Source of the DNA: Iphione sp. A-MEVVRFRX5
Lineage: Eukaryota
Direction: 5' to 3'
Assembly: GCA_976226885.1 (NCBI GenBank)
Contig: OZ320313.1
Span: forward strand, 159,960,001-160,024,000
DNA length: 64,000 nt
Shown here: in pieces, positions 1 to 13,039 of the stretch
Position numbering within the stretch: position 1 is the first letter of the stretch
How the letters are laid out: each line of letters begins with the position of its first letter
Position numbers and translations under genes: made by a program
The notes under the pieces: model-generated
What the model was told of the DNA's origin: nothing
What the model saw: the letters and a program-made list of their open reading frames with translations, nothing else
Databases searched by the model: none

Positions 1-751
1 CACATTTCCGCTCCACTAGGTTTTTTTTTCTTATTTTCCGCCCAGTCTCTTTCCATATGGTGCGGTCTCCACAAACCACGGCACTTAAGTCTGTACCAGT
101 CCTAGATCGAAAATATTTACATCCAGTCGAACTAGCTGTCGTTTTAGACGGGCTGAGATAGGGAAATAAAGTACTATTGCCGCCACCTGATGAGTTATAC
201 AAACGTGTTCGTACGGGCATTATTGTACTTAATTGGAGAGTGTTGTTGGTGGTCAGTGATGACGGGCATTAATAGAGGAACACTATTGTTCATGACGTAC
301 ATGCACTCTGGTCCGAGCTTCCTCAAACTATAGCAGTCTCAATAGAACCCAGACAAGCATCCGTACAGGAGCGATCCATGGCTTTTAGGTGAGACTGTTC
401 TAGTTAATATGAAACCATATCAAAGCTATTTATTTCAGCCATTTCGTGACTGCATAGAGCTTTCCCTTCGAAGCCATAGAGCAACGACTTAGGTTTGCTC
501 ATCTCCCTGCCGGCGGCGACCGGATGCTATTTTCCCTGAGCATATATCATCCACACGAATACTGATAGAGATCAAACGGCTGTCCTTGGTCTGCAGAGCA
601 TTGACATAACCTGCCAGGCGAGACGTGAAATTCCTCAGGCTGATTTGACCCTATACAAATACGTATACCCTGTGACGGGTGGAAGTCGACTGGCTTATTT
701 TCGCATTGTTCCTTGTTGAACATGTTTTTGACGGAAGTGTCTGGTCTGTCC

Positions 752-833
752 CTCTGCGCTTCACTGGCAAGTTATACTGATGGCCTAGTTTAATGCCAGC
801 CCTCCGCGACAAAACCCCTCAGACCGAATGGGT
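752..833 (-). mobile_element. YR C-terminal relic (DIRS order)
   Basis: THSV*GVLSRRAGIKLG followed by a shifted CQ*SA; consensus THSFRIGAAS.A.RAGI..GRW.S.A. Confidence 0.4.
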
Positions 834-1423
834 TTCTACCTCGACACTGGGGACATCTATGACCGCCGAGACCCCGAGTTCGGTCCACCCATCCACACTC
901 AATGAAGCCATTAAGTAGCAGTGCTTAGCGCATAGATCACTTAGTGGCTAGGGCTTGAGAGGTCAACTTGTCCGCTCCATTCATATTTCATTACGAAAAT
1001 ATTTCTCCTGACGAATGGGGTAAAAGCACAGTTGGTGGCACGGATGTTGTAAAGTGCAACCACTGAGGTACAAATAGTATGAGTATTATGCAAAAGTTCG
1101 GAGAGGTCACTCCTTTACGCGTGACGATACTACTTTGTGTGTTATCGTATCTATGTAAAGGCCATCATAATACTTATTTTTCGACAATTGTAGTACTTTT
1201 GTGTCAGCATTTTACAAAAAAAGAAACATGACATTTACATTCCCAGCACCTGTGAGCTTGGCTTGTCACTTGGATCGTATTTATTGGCAACAACTTTTCG
1301 TCCTGTGTATCTGATGTTGATGTATGAGCTGAAGCAAAAGTAAGAAGGAGAGGCGATATGCAGTTTTATCGAACTTGACCACTAAGGACGTCCCTAGCGA
1401 GCGCGAATATCCATATACATGTA

Positions 1424-1546
1424 TACATGTTCATAGACTGCATGCTCTTCATGGCGTGCGAAAATCCAACTTGGCACCGAGGTGGCCAATAAAAACGTAC
1501 GCCCTCCTCAAAAGGCATGGCTGGTGCCGGCTCCGATGAAGGCAGG
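1424..1546 (-). mobile_element. YR C-terminal relic
   Basis: PAFIGAGTSHAF*GG..PSWIF..HAVYEHV versus consensus SFRRGGATHAF.AG..W.S.AVY.Y. Confidence 0.42.
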
Positions 1547-3144
1547 CGGCGACGGCCACCAGATGCATGGCGTCCGCCCCAGTTTGGGAGTTGGCCGGGA
1601 GATTTAGTGCTTGCGGATTTCACAGGTCGATTAGTACTGCCAGCCTGGGCCCGCCGTATTGTCGGGGGTGATAGGGCAATAGCGGTGGCCGCTGCACCTG
1701 CACCCCGCCGCCGCGGGACGGTCCGTCGGAGGGCATTTGTTAGCCGGGGCCGATCGGCCGCCGACCGGGGGGCCCCCATGCGGGCGCTAAGCAGCCGAGG
1801 GTATAAGAGGCGGGAGAGAGAGACACAGGGGCCGGCCGAGACGTCGCCCTCGACGTCACACTTTGGCCATCCTCAGCTGCTAGCTATGATTACTGACAAA
1901 CATGACATCCGAGAAACTGCAGTCGCATTTTATCAGCGCAACGGCACGCCGTTTCACTACTGGCTGCCGCTACAGCTCTCCTCCAGTCGTGAATGATGTG
2001 GACTTGGGCTGTCTTGTTTGCGCTTAACTTCGCCGATCTGGCATCGTCCCGAGGCTGCTGCTTATTTGTTTAGGCAAACGCTCGCACCTGTGCTATTAAC
2101 ATGATATTGAGCTTGTTGATAGCAAATAAAGTAAACTATACATCCAGCAGTGGCCAACGGCGAATTTCTAGTTTGACATTCACGCTTACTTAAGATGAGC
2201 TTTAAGGTGAATACATGCACATATATGTACACTATATACTTGACTTTTAAAGTAAAACCCACGCTATATATCCTTGATATAAGAAGGTGTGTATGCATTT
2301 CACTAGCAGCAATTATAACAATGCCACATGAAGATTTGTGTGGGCGACCCAATGGGTAAAATGCGATTCAATGGCCCACTTAAGATCAGCATAAGATCCA
2401 TTAACCTGTCTGAAAGGTCAATTTCAACATCTTTTACTGCATGCTGTGCACTGCAGTGTGGCATGGTGATCTCCCTAAACGTGAGCTTCGTCCTCGTCAA
2501 CATTAAAAAATACTTTAAGGGACGAAAATATGATATACATTTATGCGTCAGTAAAAATGTTCGAGAAGGAAAAAACTTCATGTTGTCATCGTTATCGTAG
2601 ACACAATTCTTCAAAAAAACAAGAGTCTGTTTCGTCGTTACATATGCCACATATGAAAGAACAAATCAAACAATATGAGTACGAGACATGTATTACGTTT
2701 TTAAGGATTCCTCAAATCTTAGTGTTGAACATAAAAGGGCCAAACATGGTTAATGAAAACGCGATGTACAATGGGCAAATTTAGCAGGAAAGCTGGGACA
2801 CATTCCCCCAAACAAAAAAATCTATCATGTACCCGTATATATTTTCATTGAAACACTGAAGTAAATGGACTGTACCTGAGAAAAAGTACGTTATGTATAC
2901 ATGTGCATGTGTACCGGGGAAAATGAAGTTTACAGCAAAAAAAAACATCTAGCTTCGTCAGCTGGTTTCTGATTCTCCCCAGTCTTCTAACTCCTCTGTA
3001 CTTTCCTCTCCCCCCACCCCCACACCCCCACCCCCCGTGCGCACATGTGGTATGATTTGCTTGAAGGTCACACCGGGTGGCCCCGAAGGTCAAATGTGGC
3101 GCCGTAATGTGACAGTCAAGACGGACGATCCGCCATGATGGATG

Positions 3145-3216
3145 TTACCAGCGGCCCGCTTGACCACCCATCCGGTTGCCGGTGACACCAACCTCCAAAC
3201 GGTCACGAGAATGCCT
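3145..3216 (-). mobile_element. YR C-terminal relic
   Basis: RHSRDRLEVGVTGNRMGGQAGRW*. Confidence 0.4.
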
Positions 3217-5010
3217 CCGGTGACTTTTGGATGAACAGTTTCACCGAGAAGGAAATAGGCTGTTAACGTAATGAGAAAATAACGAGCGGCCAACACCTAA
3301 AGTCGTTGAAATCACATTTGATGCTACACAAGACGTCATTGTACCGCGTTGATGTGAGATGTTTTAATTTTCGTTTTGAAGGCATGGGGGGCAGGGGGGG
3401 GGGGAACTATCTTGATGCGAATACATGTACATGTACTTAATTGTGGCGCTTAAATCGGTTTGAAGACGGAAACAAGACACGCACAGCTTTGTTGAAGCTT
3501 TCGTGGATAAAACGAGACATTGCTCTTTTTTAGCTCTGATTGTAGAAGAGTACATCTAACAGAGACTGCTCAATCTATCTATCTACCTATAGTGTAGTGG
3601 TTTCAATATAATCATGTACAACAAAAAGATAGAATTCATGTATAACCGCATTTTTAAATCATTCTGTCCATTCATCACATTACATTGATTCTTTTCTGTG
3701 TTGAGAATTGCATTGTAAGTACTGAGCATCATATACGATACGTATGTAAACGTTCAGTTAAATGAACGTTATAAAAAACACAATATAGAGTCACAGAAAA
3801 GATATAAAAGGCTCCCTAGTTATATGTTTTATCTGTCACCAGTTTGTGTCTTAAAGCAAAAATGGATAACCAGACAATATGGTTATAGATAAAACAATGT
3901 GATACTTACACGTCGTGAAAAAAAAAGTTAAAGGACGTATGAAACAAATCTTTGCGTCATTAATCAATTCGTGAGGAAGTGAAACATTCTGTTCTCTCAA
4001 TTTCATACAAGCCATGTCGCTTATCTTTTGATAGTACTGAATTGGCCACGCGTGGTCTTTGCGGCTTAATATGACGAAATATTATCAGCTGTTTGGAGAT
4101 AGTAATAGACAGGTAGGGTGTTATATGTAGAGATACAAAATTATATTTAAACATGCAGGTGACGACGTTCGTGCCTTCCACATTATTCATACTTATGGGT
4201 TCATAACCCTCCTATTGTTTCCTATTTATGGCGTGGTGCTGCGAGTAAATTAAAATCATTAAAATACAGTTGTTTTTGCCGCAGAAACGATGCTCTGTGC
4301 TAATTAGGCAATTAATCATATGGCGGCGCTTAGAATGCGAAGTCAGTGTGTCTTCAACAACGGTCGGAGGTTTCAACTGTAGAACCGCAAAGATGATGAC
4401 AATTTGCACAGAAATCTGAAGCCTTTTTCGAAAGTTGTTACGGTGAAAAACATCTACAGACTCTATTTCAGAGTCATCGCCAAGGGAAGCGTGCGCTAAT
4501 TATGTTCGGGTACAAAGGCATATCGTTTTTTTGAAATAAATTTACCTGCAAAAACGATGAAAAGATTAAACAACCGCCTTCGCCGTAATTAAGTGAATTG
4601 TTCGTGATCGATAGTGAACATTCTTTAAACAAATCTATTTCTGATGCCGAAAAATGAGTAATTTGTATCTTATCTTGTGATCGGTGTTGATTTCGAGTTC
4701 CGCTCAATGCATGAAATGAACGTGAAATTTCGAAACACAGCCTCACTAAGCCCTAAATCAACGGATGGACAATTCGGAGGTCCAGGTCGAAAGATAAAAC
4801 AAACTGATTGATAGGTCAATAACACAATTGCATACCAATCATGAAGCACATAATGAGAAAAAAAAGCAAACCTCATCTCACAAGACGGGAGACAAAACGA
4901 AAAGTCTCCATATATTTACATGTGGCTATATTTCCCCCATTCTCTCCCGATGTGAGCACCACCATGTCAGCAGTAAAGTGTAAATATGATAATACGTGTA
5001 CTTTTGAATG

Positions 5011-8000
5011 ATTCCTCCGTGTACATGTAGTCCAAAGCCAGCGTACTGGCCATGTATTTACGCCCGCAGACAATAGCAACTATGAAACCACTGGTTTTCT
5101 ATGTGTTGTGGTAAAATCAGTGGCAAGGCATTTGAAAGTCGCCAGGGTTTGTTTGCCATCGACATTTCTGTTGGTTTGCGTTCTGCTGTTGTCACCATAC
5201 GAAACGCTATTGCTGAGCCTAGTTGTTAAGAGTTGACATCCAAACCAAATCTTCCCTACGTGCATATAGCAGCCCTTCTGCAGAATGAGAGAAACAGAAA
5301 AAAAACAGTTCCTGAACAGTATAATATCAAAATCAAGGTCACAGCAGGTTGCGAAAATTGGATCCTTCCATGTGAGACACAGCATTTGTGTCACCGTTCT
5401 GCTCTCACGGACTTCAATTTCTGGTGGGACTAACTGCCGAGAACATGAGGAAATTTCGATGAGTGATAAACAAGGCTTATTAGATCTATTTTCTGATCTG
5501 ATCATTATGCAATCTGGCTGGTAACAAGATTACAAAAAATGGCGTAAGGTAGCTCGATTCAGTTAAATAGATTGGGGTTCTCCGCCCATGTGTTCTCCAA
5601 AGCAGCAGTTGCAAACAAAACGAAGTTGAGTTGTTAAACAGTCTGACTGCATTTTCTATTAATAACATCTTCTTGAAATGATTCCTTCATGATATGATAG
5701 AAATTTCACAAAAACACTTTTGCTACACACTCATGAACAAATAATGCCATGACTGCACCATATTAGTATATGAATCAATTGAACATTTGCAAGAGTCTTT
5801 CTTAATTCTTTTTCGTGTCAATCTGTCGTGAAAATGTCATCTAGCCATTATGTTTATGGGTAGTATATGATACTTATGACCTAACATTGCATGCGCGGAT
5901 TGAATGCTCTAGGCCATGTCACGTCAGCATTGCATTCAACATACCAGCACTTAGTCATGTGAGATGGCGAGGTTAACATTTACATATATATATGTACCTT
6001 CTGAAAGTTTAATACAAAAGAATGCATCTCTATTATACGTACATGAACGTAAATGTATATAATTGTATGTACAGTGGAATCTCTATTTACGACCACCAGT
6101 CTGGACCAAGGTAAACTGGTCGTAATGGCAAATTTGGTCGTAAATAGATTATTGTTAACCATAGGAATCCAAGCTTTAGTGCCAGGCTGTACTGGTTGTA
6201 ATGGCAAGAATGATCGGAAATCGATGTGGTCGTAAATAGAGATTCCACTGTACTATGTGTGGAGCACAGATGACACCGTTTATACCCTAAAGTATACTAT
6301 CCAATTCTATGGAGACCAAATCGGACCAAGCACAGCCCGCGGTCTCTCAAGAGAAGTTTTGTTCCCATACACCTGGAGCTGTGTCTATAAGTATTAAAAG
6401 AGTTCTTCTACATAAAAAGCCATTGGATTTTAACAATCTACTTCAGCAGAGGGTTAACTATCTTGTGGAATTTTGAGCGCATGGAAATGGAGGTAAGATA
6501 TTTCCACGCACAACTTGAGACATACTTAAAACCTCCCTCCAGCGGCCACCATCCTCTCTTTGATGTTCACATGCGTTTACTGAGGGAGTCAGTATTTGGG
6601 ATTCTTGATTAAATGTCGAAGATGATATCTTTTATGAGAATTGAAGTTTGAAATGTGTACACAAACTTGTATTAAGGTATAGTCTCTGGGTGTAATCTAA
6701 AAAGGAGAAGGTTCTGTGCAACACAAAATTAAAAAGTTAAGATAAAGGATAACGATAGATGTGTTTCAAGTAACAATGCAGTTGACAATCGCACCCTTTT
6801 TCTGCGGAACAACAAAGCACGCATCACAGAGCATATCCTGTAACAACACATACAGGCCAAAAAACTACCCGCATCTGCGATGCACGTAAGCAAAAGCTTC
6901 ACATTCGCTTAAGGGAAGATATAACACCTTTGTTTTCACATATGGGTACTGTACTGTGGGATTCATTCATTTAGCGATCATTAATATTCTGTGCACATGT
7001 ACATTCTTTGCTGTGGGGAGGAGTGTTCATAAAAAAGGTCCTATGAGAGAAACTTCTGCTCTGAGTCAAATGTGGTCATGAATTAGTCTCTTTATTTGGA
7101 GAGAGATGGTCACGGATAGGGGCTTCACTGAATGGCAAAATTCTAGGTCTTCTACCATAATACAAACGGTGAGAAAACCCACCTACATGCTAACCTCCAG
7201 AAAGAGTATTCCAGATGGCTAAACGGCTACTACATACACAGTTCAAAGGTAAAGCCGCCTCAACTTTAAAGAAGGGTCGATCGAAACAAAGATTGGTCAT
7301 GACAACTGAGCAGATGAAAACTGTAAGATCAAAACGGATGGACCACTTGTTATGATGTGTGTCGAACCCAAAGGCGAAAACAGGTAATACCCGTGATAGT
7401 TTACCCACCATTCGCCTACGCTAAACACGATATGAACCCATTAGAGAAGGAGGCAGATACAGCGAAATAAGCAAGATATTCTTCCCTAAATATCCAGTAG
7501 CATAGAAAAGAAATAAGATGACTAAAAATACCAGAAGTAAGGAAATGTTACCCAGTATCAAAGGATACAAGGTACACCTCACGATATAGCTGATGGGGGT
7601 GGGATAATAGAAAGTAGTCACTCAGCACAATTGGATCTTGTTTAGGTGCATAAAATATAGATATTCATCCGGTTGTGTAATTATTCATGACCAATGTCAT
7701 AAATACCAGGAATCATCTTTGTACACATTGGCTTCTTGTGAGAAAGGGTGGACTCACCCAAGAAACTGGAGACGCTGTATTCATGTAATGTGAGAGATAA
7801 CTCCACCAAATCATTCGGAGGTTAAATAGGATCTGCAGCAGTTTCCACTCTTCAAAATCTCAAAAGGCGCCGTGGATTTCACATAGAAGTATCAATCCCA
7901 ATGACAATGTTTTTGTTGCAACCATCCCTAGACGGCAAAGGCATCAGATAAGGATTGGTGGCTGGAGATGGGTATTTCACCTTTATGTCATCTTTCTGCT

Positions 8001-8300
8001 CAGTCCTCTGTATTGAGCTGCACGTTTGAGCCTCCCACTGCAGAAAACTAAAAGGGTCCATTTTTGAAGGTCCCATGTTGTGCACAATGTTTGGTTTGCT
8101 GTCTGAGACATTTGCCACAGAGTTTACCATTACTTGTCCTCACTTCAACAATGGACCACAAGTTAGTAAAGGTGCCAATGCAGCCTCTGAACTCGGGGCA
8201 CGTTACACATCGTACCTGGTCATTGACGCACATATGTGAGGCGTGAAGCTTCTATCTTGCGTGGCACAAGCTTGCTGGATGTGCATCACTAACTCCTGCT
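5011..8300 (-). mobile_element. Decayed Ngaro/DIRS-type YR retrotransposon (RT, RNase H and YR relics in canonical order)
   Basis: RT-like: TCPEFRG..F (~LPFG), KMDPFSF (~YLDDFLF), LMPLP..NIVIGIDTSM (~LGVPL..FLGIEIDT), SFLGES..IPG. RNase H-like: CTLYPLILG..YLGKNIL. YR-like: LTWKDPIF, VDGKQTL..DFTTTHRKPVVS*LLLSAGV (5011-5400). Aligned by eye. Confidence 0.6.
6072..6250. mobile_element. pogo/Tc1-mariner-type MITE (179 bp)
   Basis: Perfect 25-bp TIRs CAGTGGAATCTCTATTTACGACCAC, flanked by TA on both sides. Confidence 0.92.
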
Positions 8301-8411
8301 CACAGCCTCAGCCATGCTGCCCGGAAAAACAGCAGAATCAGTTCGTGTGGCAGAGCGGACCTACCCCCTCCCCTCCGCAGTGAAAGATTACCCAGAGGAG
8401 TGGACTGGAAT

Positions 8412-8516
8412 TTCAGAATTGGCCTGCCTGAAAAGCAAAGGCCCAGGGTCACCAATACCCTAACCTAGGCGATGAATCAATGAATGCTCGTAGATAAGTA
8501 AACCAGGTATATGAAG
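8412..8516 (+). mobile_element. YR C-terminal relic
   Basis: FRIGLPEKQRPRVTNTLT*AMNQ*MLVDK*TRY. A TGA lies at the expected GRW tryptophan, and RY lies at the catalytic tyrosine. Confidence 0.5.
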
Positions 8517-10044
8517 CAATTTGCACATATATGTTTATCAGGGTAAAAACGTTATACAGCAGTAAGGTTATGAAAGCTGCAAAAGCAAAATTGACCCGCA
8601 GTGTATGGAAGTTGTGCAATTTAAAATTTCGGTCAAAACTGTGTTGCATGAAGATGATAAAGATTCGGAGACCCAGTATTAAGACAAATTGAGACAAACG
8701 CTTGACATTTACTTTTAGGAAACAAGAAATCACTACGATAGCTCCCACAGATAGTAAGATGCTGCTCACAAAACTGGGCACACTGATGGATTAGCTGGGT
8801 GATAATAGTTTCAGAAGAATACGGCCGCGTCGAGTAAAGCAAATAAAGGCATGAGAGTAAAGTGATGTATTCCTATTGAAATTCGTTATTGAAACGAGCG
8901 AAGCTGAAAAAAAAACGAACAAAGCCTACACAGAAAATCGTAACACTAATCGGAGCGGCAGAAAACAAAAGACCTTATCTTTTTTACCTATAGTTAAGTG
9001 AAGCAATATCGGCAGCCTTAGAACAACGTCTCATCCTCCTACGGGGTAGGGCACCTAGCTCTCATCAAAGAAGCACACTTGATCAGACGGCATTCATGGA
9101 GGAAAAAGAACAATGGGACAATAATTGGAATTAAAGAATCATCTAGGGTAAGTTGTAATGGAGAAACCGTGGCATAAAGAAGACACCAGTCTCTAGATCA
9201 GCTACATAATATGCAGAATGTACCATAATGAATGCCTCAGCAGAGGTGCCTAGTTCATCTAATGGCATAAATAAAGGTGCAAAGTGGTGCCAATTTTACG
9301 GTGAAAACACATTGTACGGACTTTGCAATGAAAAGCCGCCTATAAACTGTGTAGCACTAGATGTTGCCTGTAATTCAGTTGAGTTGTTCACACATATCAT
9401 CCCTGTGGGAGTAGACATAAAGGATCTCTTTTCCGATGGAGGCCATGCACAAGTAGCGCCTGTCACTTCGGATACGCATTGACAGCGTTTAGCATAATAC
9501 GATCTTTCGGAAGAGGCGCGAGCTGAAGAAAGCCAATTATTGTCGCAGGGTCAAAGCCGACCAGGTGGAAGATCTTTGGACCCCTCCTCCCCCCTGCCCC
9601 TCCTCAGGTAGCGTGAGGCTCCAGGGGCAGGAGAAGGGAGAAAATAGGATGGCTGCCTTGGAGTGGTGGCGATGCCAAGGAGAGTCGTCGGTTGTGCGAG
9701 TCGTTGATTACACTGCCTAGAAACACAGAGAAGCTCCCGGATATAGGACATGATAAGCGTGATACTTAAAACACCTGTGGTTGTTTTTTTTCTGTCGTGT
9801 CCTGGTCCTCCTTTATTCACCTGCGTGTTGAAACTCTCGGGATACGTTTATTCTGTCATCAAATTATGGAAAAGGGGAATCTGAAGTCCTATGGGCACCT
9901 TCTTTCGAAATAGTACATTGTACGGCGGTATTTCAAGCTGACTTTAAGGTATGTATACGAGCAGGTTTCGGGCGACCGGGTTAGTGTTATCGAATTCGGA
10001 CCAGTGCTTTACTATTGGTGAGTGCACGACCCCGTCAGCCAATA

Positions 10045-10173
10045 GACGTAGTAGACGTAAGCTCTGGAAGGTGAGGCCATGGGGCAGCAACGTACCAGGC
10101 TGGGCTGCCCGCCTGCCCCTCCCTCACGCATCCCTCCGTCCATCTGCTTCCCGACCCTGCCCGGGTCTAAGGC
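10045..10173 (-). mobile_element. YR C-terminal relic
   Basis: ALDPGRVGKQMDGGMREGGA..PSLV..SRAYVYYV versus consensus GLDPSRFGTHSLRRGGAT..S.AY..Y. Confidence 0.55.
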
Positions 10174-10604
10174 CGGATCCAGTAGCGATGGTTGGGGGTG
10201 CGTTAGTTGGCGTTGGCGAGGATAAAGAAGCTGCAAGCGTGCCCTCGGGCACAGCTATGGATCCGGGAGGCGACCTTCAACACAGAGGTATCTGCTAAGC
10301 CTATAGGACCATGGCCTAATTAGCCGCGCGCAGCGGCGGACGTGTGGGGGGGGGGGGCCTCCTTCGCCCACCCACCCGTTTTATTGGATCTGCGCGGACT
10401 CACAGACCCGGTGCGTGAACCCAGTGCTTGGCAGTACGTCACAAACACCGTCAAGGGACAAGCCTGCCTGCCATGCGAGCCTACTGCCCACGTGCACTGC
10501 CAACCGCCAGTTTGTTAAAACACACAGCCCATGCATAGTGGCGGAAAAGAGGGGCACATCCCAGATTCTCTTGCCGATTCATGGTATTGGTACTTGTTTG
10601 CTTC

Positions 10605-10630
10605 GTGTGTGTGTGTGTGTGTGCGTGCGT
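10605..10630. repeat. (GT)n microsatellite
   Basis: Seen directly. Confidence 0.95.
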
Positions 10631-11686
10631 ACGTAATGTTTGATTGATGACTGTCGAAATATATTCTCTTTATGTACCAAAGGGCACGTGCGTAGAAATG
10701 CTGGAACGTCCTGAAAATTTCTGTTTCCAGCAGGAACATACTCGTAATCATTATGTTTGGCGAAAAATTCTAATTGGTAGGGCAAATTCGGCCATAAAAA
10801 GTGAGCTTTTCAAGTCCTGCAGTTTGCCTTCACGTTAAAGATGCCACTCCCCGTCGAACCTATGACCTTTATCTTTTTCTACTTAGTTCCTGCCGTGGTC
10901 ACCCAGCAAACTGTGCCCTCGATAATATTTTAGTCGTTCTTGTTTCTCAAAAGACCCGACGGGCATTTGTATGTCATATCACTGAATATTCCTTGCGTGA
11001 GGCAACTGACCATTCCTTGTGAATTTAAAATAGGCCAATGACAGGAAATATGGTGCTGGGCACGTCCTATTACCCTTTTTTTCCTTGCAGTCAGAATCAA
11101 GTCTCAAACCCGATTGGACTGACTTCTGTTGGCAATTTCGCTACAATTTCGTTCCAGTCGACTAAGGAAAGGGCCAAATTGGAAAATGATCATCATTACT
11201 CCACAAATAACAGCGAGGACCGGGCCCCCAAAATTAAAATGCGTCCCCACCGGAAAATGGTGATTAATGACGTTAAAATTGGACGCTACACCGACACTAG
11301 TTTCTCATCATAATTAATCATGCACTCTTCCTCGGGATCTAATGACGTATTGACATCTCCCGCGAGTAAGAAAAAGTTTAATTACGGAGACACTTGAACG
11401 TGTCTGGAACCCTGAGTCGTACTGAAGTGTTGATATTTTTCGGTTTGTTTCAGCGGCATTGCGCCAGGGTGGTTTTTTTTTTCTCTCGGCTTGGAGAGGG
11501 GAAAATGGTGATGGTGACATTGAAACGAAACTAATAAGGAGGCTGATACGATGGAGACGAGTCAAGGGTTATTGCTACGCGGCATATTACTAAGAATCGG
11601 TTTTCTTAAGATCCCGAGCTTAGCTGGCCTATTAGCGGGTGGTAGGTGGATTGACGGAGGGTTGACATCGATTCTCTGACACCTTA

Positions 11687-11764
11687 TAACAAACCAAACC
11701 TTTGGTTGCCGTTTGATCTCGCATGCGATCGTTTCCCTCGTCGAAGGCCTTGGTCGAAGGCGCC
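11687..11764 (-). mobile_element. YR C-terminal relic
   Basis: GAFDQGLRRGKRSHARSNG versus consensus HSLRRGGASHA.SNG. Confidence 0.55.
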
Positions 11765-12556
11765 CACAGTTTTCCTTTCTGTCAACAGATGAATAAGAAC
11801 ATTGAAGGACGTCTCGCGAATTTTCTTAGGAATCGTACTTGAAGCAAAACACGCGGCGATGTTTGTGCCACGGACCGTAAGGTTTGCCGTGGAGGTCAAA
11901 CCACAGACGTAATAAGAGATGAGTTTTGACTTATTGATATTGGCGTTCGACGGAGAACGAGACCAGCCACAGCAGTCGGAAAAAAACAGTTCTCTTTTTG
12001 CACCATTGTAGTCAGATTAGCCAAACAGTGGACAAAATATTGTCATTAACTCTGGGATGCCCAAAGAGCACGTTTTGTGGGACACTAGAAACTGTTCCTC
12101 ATGTTAACAATGTTATCGGTCCGACCCATTCAGATGGGACTCTAGTGCATTTAACTTGTCGGATGCAAAGACACCTGGCTGTGGTCCTCAGTCCAGATTA
12201 TCATGCTCTACCTCCCTCGTAGAACTTCAATGTATGAAAAGGGCACATAAGATCTGAACTTGTGTTACAATGGAATACAATAGGATGTCATCAACCAGAG
12301 TTCCGTCGACCAGATTCCCTCGTCAACCAGGTTCGCAAATCACTTTCTCTATTTTACATACTAATCTATGCGGATACCTTGTGTTATGCGTGATAGTGAA
12401 AGGTTAGTTTGGACAGGTAAAGTGAGGAGCATAAGTCATCAAAATATCACATCCAAAAATACTGTACGGAAAACTAATGACGAGTGGATCTCCTTATGAA
12501 CTATAATAAGACCAGTATTTGGCGAGTTACGTGCATAATGTGTGTGGATACATTTC

Positions 12557-12738
12557 CAGTTGAAAGCCTATCTGCGACCATACCAAATTGCAATCATTCT
12601 CACTAATAATTATGACCACTTGAGCTAGGAACAGAATTCTTCCTTTTCATATTAACTGTTACCAATTTGTGACCATTCTTGCTAATGCGACCACTTCAGC
12701 CTGGTCCAAAGTGGTGATCGCAAATAGGCATTTGACTT
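12557..12738. mobile_element. Older pogo-type MITE
   Basis: Imperfect TIRs: CAGTTGAAAGCCTATCTGCGACCA versus the reverse complement of TGATCGCAAATAGGCATTTGACTT. Internal GACCA repeats. Confidence 0.55.
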
Positions 12739-12864
12739 TTCTATGTTCAACTGTATTAATCTTTCCTTCCCTTTTCAATTTCTTATAAAAGAATATTCGA
12801 TCATCTAAAGCTATTCTTCAGTGAAGCATTTCATTATGTTGATTTGATTCCCTATGAAAAAATA

Positions 12865-13039
12865 CAGTGTCCCCTCAGTCTAAGACCACTTCTCCAATCA
12901 GACCACTTCCCTAATAAGACTACTTTTAAGGAAAAGAATTATATACATGTGTATAAATACCCCTCTCTAATAAAACCACTCCCTATTTAGACCACTTGAG
13001 GTAAAAACCAATGATGGCCTTATTAGCGAGGGGACACTG
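12865..13039. mobile_element. pogo-type MITE
   Basis: TIRs CAGTGTCCCCTC / GAGGGGACACTG, internal AGACCAC repeats, TA on the left flank only. Confidence 0.75.

Noticed and set aside
186-230. CTGATGAG, a possible hammerhead ribozyme core
   Set aside because: No stem II closed by GAAA follows. Other CTGA(T/C/A)GA hits on both strands also lack the core, and no HDV-like fold was evident upstream of the RTE.
1366-1996. 137-aa and 159-aa overlapping ORFs
   Set aside because: Arg/Ala/Pro-rich by-products of GC-rich repeat sequence with no domain motifs.
8048-8320. Cys-rich peptide read as a TRAF-type zinc finger
   Set aside because: Better explained as decayed Ngaro RT, given the ordered downstream RT and RNase H motifs.
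9230-9480. Minus-strand DIRS-RT-like wording (DRRYLCMAS.GK.LYVY)
   Set aside because: Core motifs (PFG, YLDD) are not convincingly present; left uncalled.
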